Under the pieces are notes generated by a model. That model was not told the DNA's origin. It saw only the letters and a program-made list of their open reading frames with translations, and did not search any database. This document shows positions 40,891-49,170 of a DNA stretch of 64,000 bases, one piece after another. Each line of letters begins with the position of its first letter. Position 1 is the stretch's first letter. The position numbers and the translations under genes were made by a program. The DNA is from Candidatus Latescibacterota bacterium (GTDB taxonomy: Bacteria; Latescibacterota; UBA2968; UBA8231), in contig OZ220090.1 in assembly GCA_964291625.2 (NCBI GenBank), positions 672,001 through 736,000 of the forward strand, given 5' to 3'.

Positions 40891-41065
40891 CGCCCTTGTC
40901 CGGCGGGGTGCGGCGCTTGCGCCGCGCCTGAGGGGTCTCGATGCCGAAGCGGCGGCACAGGCGCCCGAAACTCCCCGGGGCGATGCCGAGGGCCAGCCCG
41001 GCGTCGCGGTTGCTGGCGTAGATCCGCGCGGCCCGTGCGATCCGCGCGCGGTCGAACTGCTCCAT
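40883..41065 (-). CDS. small basic helix-turn-helix protein (Fis/NtrC C-terminus-like), 60 aa
   Basis: AGGAGG SD, then MEQFDRARIARAARIYASNRDAGLALGIAPGSFGRLCRRFGIETP; overlaps the ssb start. Confidence 0.75.
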   Translation of the reverse strand: MEQFDRARIARAARIYASNRDAGLALGIAPGSFGRLCRRFGIETPQARRKRRTPPDKGDV

Positions 41066-41136
41066 GACTCGGAACCTCCTGGAGTCGAGGTTGACGTGAG
41101 CGGGGCCTGATCGGGCGGAGATCCGATCGGTCCTGT

Positions 41137-41175
41137 GATGCACATCAGTATACTATTCATATGTGCATCTGTCAA
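41137..41175 (-). promoter_or_regulatory. near-consensus sigma70 promoter overlapped by a palindromic operator
   Basis: Minus strand TTGACA-17 nt-TATACT; perfect inverted repeat GATGCACAT-N15-ATGTGCATC (41137-41145 / 41161-41169). Confidence 0.8.
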
Positions 41176-41195
41176 CCTCTTGGAGCCGGGAGCTG

Positions 41196-42353
41196 TCACG
41201 CCCGTCGCGTCCCCACCTCCTCCAGCACCTCCAGAACCCTGTCGGCGTCGGCCGTGCCGTTGTAGACGTGGCCCGAGATGCGCACGCGGCCGTATTCCCC
41301 CCACACCAGGACTCCCCGCGCGGCGAGTCTCCGCGCCAGGGCCGCGGCATCCCCGTCCAGAAAGCAGGTATTGCCCGAGCGCGCCGGCCTCCGCGAGGGG
41401 CTGATCACGGTTCGCCCCAGGGACCTGAGTCCCGCGTCGATCGCTTCCGAGAGGTCGCGGGCATGCTCCTGGGCGGCCTCGACCCCGATCGCCTCGAGAT
41501 GGGACAGCGCCCTCTCCAGGAACATGATGACGACCATGGCCGGGTTCCCCGGCTCGAGGCGCTCGGGCATGGGCCGCACCGCCACCTCCGGGCTTCGAAC
41601 AGCTCCCTGCTCCGGCCACACGGCCAGGTTGCGCCAGCCGAAACAGCTGTCCCGGACCGCCTCGCCGGCGCGCTCGCTCAGGTAGCAGGGCGCGGTGCCG
41701 TGGGTGGCCAGCATCCACTTGTAGCTGCTGCTCACGCACAGGTCCGTCACCGCGGCGGGCACCCTCACGACTCCGGAGGCGTGGGTGGCGTCGACGGCCA
41801 GCAGGCACCCCGGGTGGGCGGTCAGCCCCCGCGCCAGGGCCTCGACATCCAGGTTCTGCCCCGTGTAGAAGCCCACCTGGCTCACGGCGAGGACGCGGGT
41901 CCTGTCGTCGACGGCGGCCAGCAGCTCCTCCTCCCCGACGTGCCAGTCCCGGTGCGGCACCATGCGCACCTCGACCCCCAGGCCGGCGATCTCCCGCCAG
42001 GCATACGCCACGGAGGGAAACTCGAGGTCGTCGGTGACGATGTTGTCGCCGGACCGCCAGGGCAGACCCCGGGCCAGCCAGCCCATGCCCTCGGCCGCCG
42101 AGGGCACGAAGGCCACGCGGTCCCTCGGGACCCCCCACAGGCGCGCCATCCGCCCGCGGCAGCTCTCCCCCCGGCGATAGATCTCCTCACGGCCTTCGAG
42201 GCCGCCGCTCTTGAGGCGGGCGAACTCGCCGTGGACCTCGTCAAACTCCTTTAGCCAGGGCGCCTCCCCTCCCGTACACAGGTGGGCGACCCCGTCGATT
42301 CCCGTGAACATCCCCGGGTCCAGCAGCGGCGCGATCTCGCGCGTCATGGCCAC
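41196..42353 (-). CDS. aminotransferase class V PLP-dependent enzyme
   Basis: EFPS, VSQVGFYTG, VDATH, SSYKW (PLP Lys), EPGNP, RISGHVYN. Confidence 0.88.
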   Translation of the reverse strand: MAMTREIAPLLDPGMFTGIDGVAHLCTGGEAPWLKEFDEVHGEFARLKSGGLEGREEIYRRGESCRGRMARLWGVPRDRVAFVPSAAEGMGWLARGLPWRSGDNIVTDDLEFPSVAYAWREIAGLGVEVRMVPHRDWHVGEEELLAAVDDRTRVLAVSQVGFYTGQNLDVEALARGLTAHPGCLLAVDATHASGVVRVPAAVTDLCVSSSYKWMLATHGTAPCYLSERAGEAVRDSCFGWRNLAVWPEQGAVRSPEVAVRPMPERLEPGNPAMVVIMFLERALSHLEAIGVEAAQEHARDLSEAIDAGLRSLGRTVISPSRRPARSGNTCFLDGDAAALARRLAARGVLVWGEYGRVRISGHVYNGTADADRVLEVLEEVGTRRA

Positions 42354-44467
42354 TCCCCTCCCTCGCCCTCCTCGTCGATGGCGATCCGGGCCTCGGCGCG
42401 CGCCGGCTCGAGGAGATCCTCGTCGCGCAGTAGATGGGCGACCCGAAGCTCCGGCATCCCCGCCTGCTTCGTGCCCATCACCTCTCCCGGCCCACGTAGT
42501 TCCAAATCCTTTCGTGCCAGTTCAAAACCATCCATGGTCTCACACAATGAATGAAGTCTGGCCCGGGCGCCTGCGTCATCCTCGCCGGGAGCGTGGTCCA
42601 CGAGGATGCAATAGGCCGCCGACGTTCCCCGGCCGACGCGGCCACGCAACTGGTGCAGCTGCGCCAGGCCGAAGCGCTCGGCGTGCTCCACCACCATCAC
42701 CGTGGCGTTCGGGACGTCGACCCCGACCTCGATGACCGTGGTCGCCACCAGGACGTCGATCTCCCCTTCGGCGAACCGGCTCATGATGCCGGTCTTGTCG
42801 TCGGCTGACAGCCGTCCGTGCAGGAGTTCCACCCGCAGCTCCTTCAACGGCCCCCGGGCCAGCTCCTCGAAGCCGGCCCGGGCGGAGTTGAGGTCGGAGC
42901 GCTCCGACTCCTCGATGACCGGATAGACCACGTAGGCCTGGCGCCCCTCCGCTACCTGGTCGACGAGGAAGGCGTGTATCCGTTCCCGGTGGGAGGGGTC
43001 CCGCCGGACGGTGCGCACCGCCTGGCGCCCCGGCGGCATCTCGTCGATGACCGAGACCGCCAGATCGCCGTAGAGAGTCATGGCGAGGGAGCGGGGAATC
43101 GGCGTGGCGGTCATGATCAGCAGGTCGATCCCCTCGCCCTTGGCCGACAGGCGGGTGCGCTGGGCGACGCCGAAGCGATGCTGCTCGTCGACCACGGCCA
43201 GCCCCAGCCGGGCGAAGGAGACCCCTTCCTCGATCAGGGCGTGGGTGCCGACGGCGATGCGGACGGCGCCGCTGGCGATCCCCGTCAGGAGCTCGCGGCG
43301 CACCACCGCCCGCTGGCCGCCCTTCAGGAGGACGATCCCCTCGACGCCGGCGGGCGAGGCGAGTCGGCGCAGGGTGTGGAAGTGCTGCTCGGCGAGGATC
43401 TCGGTGGGAGCCATGAGGGCGGTCTGGCAGCCGCTCTCCACGGCGGCCAGGGCGGCGCACAGGGCGACCAGGGTCTTGCCCGAACCCACGTCGCCGTGCA
43501 GGAGCCGGCGCATGGGGCGGGGCCGTGCCATGTCGGCGCCGATTTCGTCGATCACCCGCAGTTGCGCAGCCGTCGGCTCGAAGGGGATGGAGGCGAGGAG
43601 CCGGGGGACCAGCTCCCGGCTGGCGGGGATGGCAAGGCCCGGGCGTCCGGCCAGCTGCCGGCGACGGCGCTCGAGCTCGCGCTGGAGCAGGAACAGCTCC
43701 TCGAAGGCGAGCCGGCGGCGGGCCCGCTCCGCCGCCCCGAGGTCGGCGGGGAAGTGGGCGTCCTGCAGGGCCTGGCCGAGGCCCATGAGTCCCTGCCGCT
43801 CCTCCCCGCCCCCGGGCAGCTGCGTGCCCACGGAGGGCAGCGAGCGCGTCAGGGCATCGCGCATGAGACGCCGGAATCCGCGGCTGCCCAGGCCGCGCTC
43901 CTTCATCTCCGCGCTGGAGCCGTAGAGGGGGACGACGGTCCCCGTGTGCAGCAGTCCGGCCCGGGCGGTCTCGGCGTCGGAGAGGTGTTCGTACTCGGGG
44001 TGGCTCACCTGGCGCCGGCCGCGGTAGATCTCGATGCGGCCGCTGAGAGCGATCACGTCCCCGGCCTCGAAGGTGTGGTACCGGGCCCCCTGGAACCACA
44101 CGCACCGCAGGCTGCCGCTGCCGTCCTCGACCTCCACGCTGTGCGGGGGCGAGCGCCGGCCGCGGACGGGGGGCGGCGGCCGGGAGGCGGACCGGACGGT
44201 GCCGACGAGGGTGACCTCCTCGCCGATGGGGGCCCCGGCGATGGGGACGATCCGGCTGCGGTCGATGAACCGGCGGGGCAGCCGGGCGAGGAGATCGGCG
44301 GCCGTGGCCAGGCCCAGCTTGCGCAGGGCCCGGGCTCGCAGGCGGCCGATCCCCGGCACCTCCTCGATGGCGAGGCGCGCCGGTTCGCCGTCGAGGAGCG
44401 GCAGCGCCGGAGCGACCTCGACCGGCGCCTCCACGGGACCGGCGGGGGGTCTCTCACCGGCGGGCAT
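42344..44467 (-). CDS. recG: ATP-dependent DNA helicase RecG
   Basis: Wedge domain, RLAFEEL, GDVGSGKT, MAPTEILAEQH, DEQHRFGV, MTATPIPRSL, TTVIEVGVD, QLRGRVGRG, DLELRGPG. Confidence 0.96.
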   Translation of the reverse strand: MPAGERPPAGPVEAPVEVAPALPLLDGEPARLAIEEVPGIGRLRARALRKLGLATAADLLARLPRRFIDRSRIVPIAGAPIGEEVTLVGTVRSASRPPPPVRGRRSPPHSVEVEDGSGSLRCVWFQGARYHTFEAGDVIALSGRIEIYRGRRQVSHPEYEHLSDAETARAGLLHTGTVVPLYGSSAEMKERGLGSRGFRRLMRDALTRSLPSVGTQLPGGGEERQGLMGLGQALQDAHFPADLGAAERARRRLAFEELFLLQRELERRRRQLAGRPGLAIPASRELVPRLLASIPFEPTAAQLRVIDEIGADMARPRPMRRLLHGDVGSGKTLVALCAALAAVESGCQTALMAPTEILAEQHFHTLRRLASPAGVEGIVLLKGGQRAVVRRELLTGIASGAVRIAVGTHALIEEGVSFARLGLAVVDEQHRFGVAQRTRLSAKGEGIDLLIMTATPIPRSLAMTLYGDLAVSVIDEMPPGRQAVRTVRRDPSHRERIHAFLVDQVAEGRQAYVVYPVIEESERSDLNSARAGFEELARGPLKELRVELLHGRLSADDKTGIMSRFAEGEIDVLVATTVIEVGVDVPNATVMVVEHAERFGLAQLHQLRGRVGRGTSAAYCILVDHAPGEDDAGARARLHSLCETMDGFELARKDLELRGPGEVMGTKQAGMPELRVAHLLRDEDLLEPARAEARIAIDEEGEGGEWP

Positions 44468-44617
44468 GGTGTCCGGCGTCGTCGATCATCCGCTCGACCT
44501 CCGCGGGAGAGCCCGGGGCCGAGTGTCCGGCAGCCGGTTGACGACCCGGGAGCCAACCCGGTAGACTTGATGCCTCCCTCCCCCGGACTTCCCCACCGCC
44601 AGCGCGTTCCTGAACAG

Positions 44618-45097
44618 GTGCCCGAGCGCCCGTCGTTTTCCCACTTCCTGATCGGGGCGTCCGCCCTCGAGCGCCCCTCCTTCCTCTACGCCTACATCGT
44701 CACCTGGCTGCATCTGCTGGTCAGCGTGCCGATCCTCGTCTTCGGGAAGGAGGTCGCCCTCCTCGCCGCCCTGCCGCCGATGGCCATCAGCTCGGTGAGC
44801 CTCGGGGTCCTCCTGTACGGCCTGGCGGCGCGGAGACACGGGCTGCTGGTCAACCTCCTGCCCTACGCCGTCGGCCTGCGCCGCGCCCTCGACCCGGCCT
44901 CGCTGGACTATGTCTTCCTCCTCGTGGCCGTCGTCATCTCCCTCACCTCCGTCTACCTGGTGCTGGCCGACGAGTACCGGCGCTTCACCCGGGAGCAGGC
45001 CGGGGGTGAGCGCGGCCCTCCCCTCGGCGTCGCCCTCGGCACGGGCGCCGCGATCCTGCTGCTGCTGATCTACGGCATCCACCTCCCGCTCCGCTGA
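44618..45097 (+). CDS. hypothetical multi-pass membrane protein
   Basis: Hydrophobic C-terminal part of ORF 42818..45097 (about 5 TM), GC3-rich codons; TTGACG-18-TAGACT upstream; start uncertain. Confidence 0.65.
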   Translation: MPERPSFSHFLIGASALERPSFLYAYIVTWLHLLVSVPILVFGKEVALLAALPPMAISSVSLGVLLYGLAARRHGLLVNLLPYAVGLRRALDPASLDYVFLLVAVVISLTSVYLVLADEYRRFTREQAGGERGPPLGVALGTGAAILLLLIYGIHLPLR

Positions 45098-45113
45098 TCC
45101 CCCTTCCGGCGCT

Positions 45114-46220
45114 TCAGCGGATCTTCAGGGTCGCCAGCCCCATGAGGGCGAGGATTCCGGCGATGATCCAGAAGCGGATGACGATCTTGGTGTCGGCCAG
45201 CCCGCAGGCCTGGAAGTGGTGGTGCACGGGAGCGCTCCGGAAGAACCGCCGGCCCAGCCAGCGGATGCCGATCTTCTCCTGGATCACCACCGAGAGGGCC
45301 TCGCCGACGAAGACGCCTCCGACGATCAGGAAGAGGAACTCCTGCTTCACCAGGACGACGACGGTCCCCAGGAGCCCGCCCAGGGCCATGGAGCCGGTGT
45401 CTCCCATGATGACGTTGGCCGGGTAGGAGTTGAACCAGAGGAAGCCGAGACAGGCGCCGAAGACGGTGCAGCAGATGATCGTGACCTCTCCGGCTCCCGG
45501 GGTGAAGGGGAAGATGAGGAAGTCGGAGATCTCGGCGTGACTGGCCACATAGGCGAAGACCCCGTACACGGCGACGGCGAAGGCGGCGGGCACCACGGCG
45601 AGCCCGTCGATGCCGTCGGCGATGTTCACGGAGTTGGCGATGGCCACGACGGTGAAGGCGATGAAGGGGACGTAGCCGATGCCGAGATCGATGACCGGGG
45701 TCTTGACGAAGGGCACGTAGAGCTTGGTGGCCAGCCCCCCGGGCATGGGCGACAGGGGCTCGATGACGAAGGCCAGGCCGAAGGCCAGCCCGAAGAGGGC
45801 CTGGAGGACGAGCTTGGCCGATTCCGAGAGCCCCCGGTCGCTCGTGCCGTGGCGGACCTTCAGGTGGTCGTCGAGGTAACCCAGCGCCCCGAACCAGATC
45901 ACCGCCGCCAGGGTCATGAGGACGAAGGTCTCGTGCAGGCGGCACCACAGCAGGCAGCCGCCGAGGACGGCGGCCACCAGCAGGGGACCGCCGTAGGTCT
46001 TGGTGGCGCGGGCCGTGGCCGGGGGGAAGTCGAAGCTGCGGCGCGTGTCCCGGCGGCCGCCGCGGTAGAGGGCGAGGATGACCCGGTCCCCGAAGAAGAT
46101 GGTGAGCAGCAGGGCGGTGATGGCCCCGCCGATGGCGCGGAAGCTGATCGAGTCGAGGAGGCGCATGAAGGACAGGGCCTCCACGCTCTCGTTCAGGTAG
46201 GTCCCGAGGTAGTAGAGCAC
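45114..46220 (-). CDS. mraY: phospho-N-acetylmuramoyl-pentapeptide transferase
   Basis: GYLDD, NSVNIADGIDGLA, GFLWFNSYPA.VIMGDTGSMALG, APVHHHF, KIVIRFW, ATLKIR. Confidence 0.92.
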   Translation of the reverse strand: MLYYLGTYLNESVEALSFMRLLDSISFRAIGGAITALLLTIFFGDRVILALYRGGRRDTRRSFDFPPATARATKTYGGPLLVAAVLGGCLLWCRLHETFVLMTLAAVIWFGALGYLDDHLKVRHGTSDRGLSESAKLVLQALFGLAFGLAFVIEPLSPMPGGLATKLYVPFVKTPVIDLGIGYVPFIAFTVVAIANSVNIADGIDGLAVVPAAFAVAVYGVFAYVASHAEISDFLIFPFTPGAGEVTIICCTVFGACLGFLWFNSYPANVIMGDTGSMALGGLLGTVVVLVKQEFLFLIVGGVFVGEALSVVIQEKIGIRWLGRRFFRSAPVHHHFQACGLADTKIVIRFWIIAGILALMGLATLKIR

Positions 46221-46227
46221 GGCGGAT

Positions 46228-48300
46228 TCAGGAAGCGGCGGGGTCCATGCGCTCAAGCTCCCCGCTGTCGCGGTCCGGATCTCTCTCCAGGCCTTCGCGA
46301 ACCCGGCGGGACAGGGAGTCCAGGCTGTCCTTCAGGGGGAAGGCGGGCTCGAAGCTCGGTGACGTCGAGAGGATCTGCTCCACGTCGGCGGCCACGTCCC
46401 CGGCGTCCACGACCTGCCGTTCCAGCAGACCTTCCAGGGCGTGGACCGTCTCCTGGCGACAGTGCCAGTCCGGGTGCACGTAGAACCTGCGCAGGTCCGC
46501 CAAGCGCTCGGGGCGGCAGCCGACACGCCCCAGGGCCTGCAGGGAGGCGGCGACGACGGAGCTCGCACGGTCGTCGAGGGACCGGACGAGAGCCGCCTCC
46601 ACCTCCTCGTCCCCCGGGTCCGCCTGCTCGCCGAGGAGGCGGGCGGCGGCGACTCTCACCTCGAAGTAGGGATCCCTGGCGAGGGCTTCCAGGACCGCGG
46701 ACCGGGCCCGGGGTCCGGCCCGCCGCAGGCCGATCATGGAGAGGGGGAAGTCGATGGCGTTGCGCCTGAGGATGCCGGGATGCCGGTAGTCGCCGCCGAG
46801 GATACGCTGGAGCCGGCTGGTGGGCGAGCGGTCTTCGATCAGGGCGAGGACGAGAGGCAGGCGCTCCTCGTAGGCCAGCAGGCCCACCAGCTTGACCCCC
46901 ACGTTGCGGCGCCCGCAGGGGATCTCGTACCAGTCCTCCGAGGCCAGGTGCCGGTCCGCCTGATAGCGCAGGTAGGCGAGTTCCATCGGGCACAGGGCCT
47001 GCACGCCCCCCGCCTCCTCGAGGCGCCGGCGCACGTGGTGCAGGAGGCGGTTGGGGTCGGCCGGCACCCCGGGGGGCCCCGCCACGGGGTACTCCAGCTT
47101 CGGGACCGGAGGACGCCGGCCCTGTCTCAGGCCGTCGATCTCCCCGAGGATCGCCTCCAGGCTGTCCCGGCGCGGCGCCGAGGCGGCGGCGGCGGCCATC
47201 TGCCGACGCTCCTGCGGCCGGTCCAGGAGCTCGAGGACCGCGGCGGCGAGCCGGGACCCGCCGACCCCCATCTCGACGCGCTCCTCGCGCGGGCGCCAGC
47301 TCGCTTCCTCGAAGAGGACGCGGGCAGCCCCGGCCGCCTGAAGGGCCATGGCGTTGATCGCCTGGTGGTCCTCCGCCGCCGTCGACAGGGGCAGGATCAG
47401 CGCCGGCAGGCCGCAGACTCCGACCTCGGTGAGGGTGCTCATTCCGCCCCGGCATACCACGAGGTCGGCGGCGGCGTAGGCGGTCTCGATCTCCTCGATG
47501 TAGTCGAAGCGGCGGTACCAGTGGTCGTAGTTCTGGAGGCCGGTCTCCTCCAGGGCCCGGGAGGTCTCGGCCACGGGGTCGTAGCCCTCCGAGACGTGGG
47601 CTCCCGTGCCGTGAAGGACGATCAGTTCCTCCGCCCGGGAAGCCAGCAGCGGCAGGGCCTCGACGACGGCCCGGTTGATCGTCCTCGACCCCTGAGACCC
47701 TCCAAAGACGAAGAGGACCATCCGGTCCCCTTCGATGTTCCAGGCCGCCCGCGCTCCCTTTCGGTCGAGGCAGGTCAACTCGCGGCGCACCGGGAACCCG
47801 ACCACGGCCACCCGTTTCCTGTCGAACCAGCGCGCGGCCTGCTCGAAGACGAGGCCGATGCGGTCGGCGATGTGGCCCACGGCCTGGTTCAGCAACCCGG
47901 GATGGGCATTCGGCTCGTAGGCGAAGATCCGCGCCCGGCTGAGTCCGATCCTGCGCAGGAGACCGCTGGCGAACAGGATCGGGGCGCTCGCGAAGCCGCC
48001 GGTGGCGAAGACCACGTCGGGCCGGAAGCGCAGCAGAACCAGGATGCCCCCGGCGACGCCGGCGGCCAGGGTCAGGCCGAACCGTAGCAGGGGCAGGAGA
48101 CGCCGGGTCCTCGGGAAGGGCCTCGACGGCAACCGCTTGAGCGGGTAGCCCCGGCCGGGCACGACGCGCTCCTCCAGCCGGCCGCGGACGCCCACGTACA
48201 GGACCCGCGCCTCGGGTTGGCGGCGCCGGATCTCGTCGGCCACCGCCACTGCCGGGTAGACATGGCCGCCGGTACCACCGCCGGTGAACAGGTATCTCAC
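46228..48300 (-). CDS. murG: MurG glycosyltransferase with a C-terminal extension of about 290 aa containing HEAT-like repeats
   Basis: GGGTGGHVYP, TGGFAS, EPNAHPGLLN, GGSQG, RGGMST, DHQAINA; tail has DPYFEVRVAAARLLG and DDRASSVVAASLQALG. Confidence 0.88.
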   Translation of the reverse strand: MRYLFTGGGTGGHVYPAVAVADEIRRRQPEARVLYVGVRGRLEERVVPGRGYPLKRLPSRPFPRTRRLLPLLRFGLTLAAGVAGGILVLLRFRPDVVFATGGFASAPILFASGLLRRIGLSRARIFAYEPNAHPGLLNQAVGHIADRIGLVFEQAARWFDRKRVAVVGFPVRRELTCLDRKGARAAWNIEGDRMVLFVFGGSQGSRTINRAVVEALPLLASRAEELIVLHGTGAHVSEGYDPVAETSRALEETGLQNYDHWYRRFDYIEEIETAYAAADLVVCRGGMSTLTEVGVCGLPALILPLSTAAEDHQAINAMALQAAGAARVLFEEASWRPREERVEMGVGGSRLAAAVLELLDRPQERRQMAAAAASAPRRDSLEAILGEIDGLRQGRRPPVPKLEYPVAGPPGVPADPNRLLHHVRRRLEEAGGVQALCPMELAYLRYQADRHLASEDWYEIPCGRRNVGVKLVGLLAYEERLPLVLALIEDRSPTSRLQRILGGDYRHPGILRRNAIDFPLSMIGLRRAGPRARSAVLEALARDPYFEVRVAAARLLGEQADPGDEEVEAALVRSLDDRASSVVAASLQALGRVGCRPERLADLRRFYVHPDWHCRQETVHALEGLLERQVVDAGDVAADVEQILSTSPSFEPAFPLKDSLDSLSRRVREGLERDPDRDSGELERMDPAAS

Positions 48301-48387
48301 GGACGGGCCGATCGATGGGTCGCCGCGAGGGGCCGCGCGAGCGACGATTGCTGGCCGGGGGAGCTGTCGGGGAGGGATCCTGTTTCC

Positions 48388-48416
48388 AGTATACGGACGG
48401 GGTCCGGGTCCGACAA
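48388..48416 (-). promoter_or_regulatory. putative sigma70 promoter of murG-mraY
   Basis: Minus strand TTGTCG-17 nt-TATACT in the 129-nt gap after batE. Confidence 0.55.
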
Positions 48417-48429
48417 CTCCGGGAACCCC

Positions 48430-49170
48430 TCAGATCACGGTCACGAGCTCACCGGGCAGCCAGCCGCCGAGACCGTTGGCGAGGCGGACCAGGACCCACT
48501 CCCCCTCGCGGCGCTCCACGGTCACCTTGGTGCCCTCATGGACGACGAAGACGGGTGTCTGCCCCGGGTCGGGGCCGCTGCGCGCCTGACCGTCGGCGGC
48601 GGTGACCACCGCCTCGGAGAGAGTGACCTCCTGATAGAGGCGCGTGCCGGCGAAGGCTCCGGACCCCAGGGCTCCACCGAGGCAGAGGCCTAGGGCCACG
48701 ACCGCCGCGGCCCCGGGTCCGCGCACGAGGCGCCAGCCGGCGGCGGCGCACAGTCCGGCCAGGCTCACGGAGAGGGCCGCGAACAGCTCGTTCAGAGTCG
48801 GGGACAGGTAGAGCCGGTAGAGGAAGCCGCCATCCGCCTCCTCGCGGTCTCGCTTGACTCGGCGCAGGAAACGCAGGTTGGCCAGCACATCCTCGTCCCG
48901 GGGGGCCAGCCTCCGGGCGCGCTCGTACCAGACGACCGCCTCTCCGAGCCGGCCGTCCTTGAAGCAGGCGTTCCCGAGGTTGTAGAAAAGGCGGGCGTCG
49001 CGGACCCCGGTCCCGGCCGCGGCCAGGTAGCGCGTCCGGGCGGAGGCGAACTCCCCCCGCCGGTAGAGGTCGTTGCCCTCGGAGTACAAGCCCAGCGCGG
49101 CTGACTGGGCGGAAGCCCCTCCCGGCGCGAGAGCCAGCCACAGCGCGGCCGCGAGCAACGGCCCCCTCAT
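48430..49170 (-). CDS. batE: BatE-like TPR + SH3b protein
   Basis: Signal peptide, GN..Y..G.F, YNLGNA.FK, YERA.RL.P, ANL; C-terminal VHEG.KV.V....EW..VRL..G..GW. Confidence 0.85.
   Translation of the reverse strand: MRGPLLAAALWLALAPGGASAQSAALGLYSEGNDLYRRGEFASARTRYLAAAGTGVRDARLFYNLGNACFKDGRLGEAVVWYERARRLAPRDEDVLANLRFLRRVKRDREEADGGFLYRLYLSPTLNELFAALSVSLAGLCAAAGWRLVRGPGAAAVVALGLCLGGALGSGAFAGTRLYQEVTLSEAVVTAADGQARSGPDPGQTPVFVVHEGTKVTVERREGEWVLVRLANGLGGWLPGELVTVI

Noticed and set aside
41196-42353. Cysteine desulfurase assignment for the class V aminotransferase
   Set aside because: The C-terminal catalytic Cys loop (RxGxHCA or SSGSACS) is absent
42515-42535. TGGCACG (sigma54 -24-like) on the minus strand within the recG AT patch
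   Set aside because: No TTGC -12 element at the required spacing
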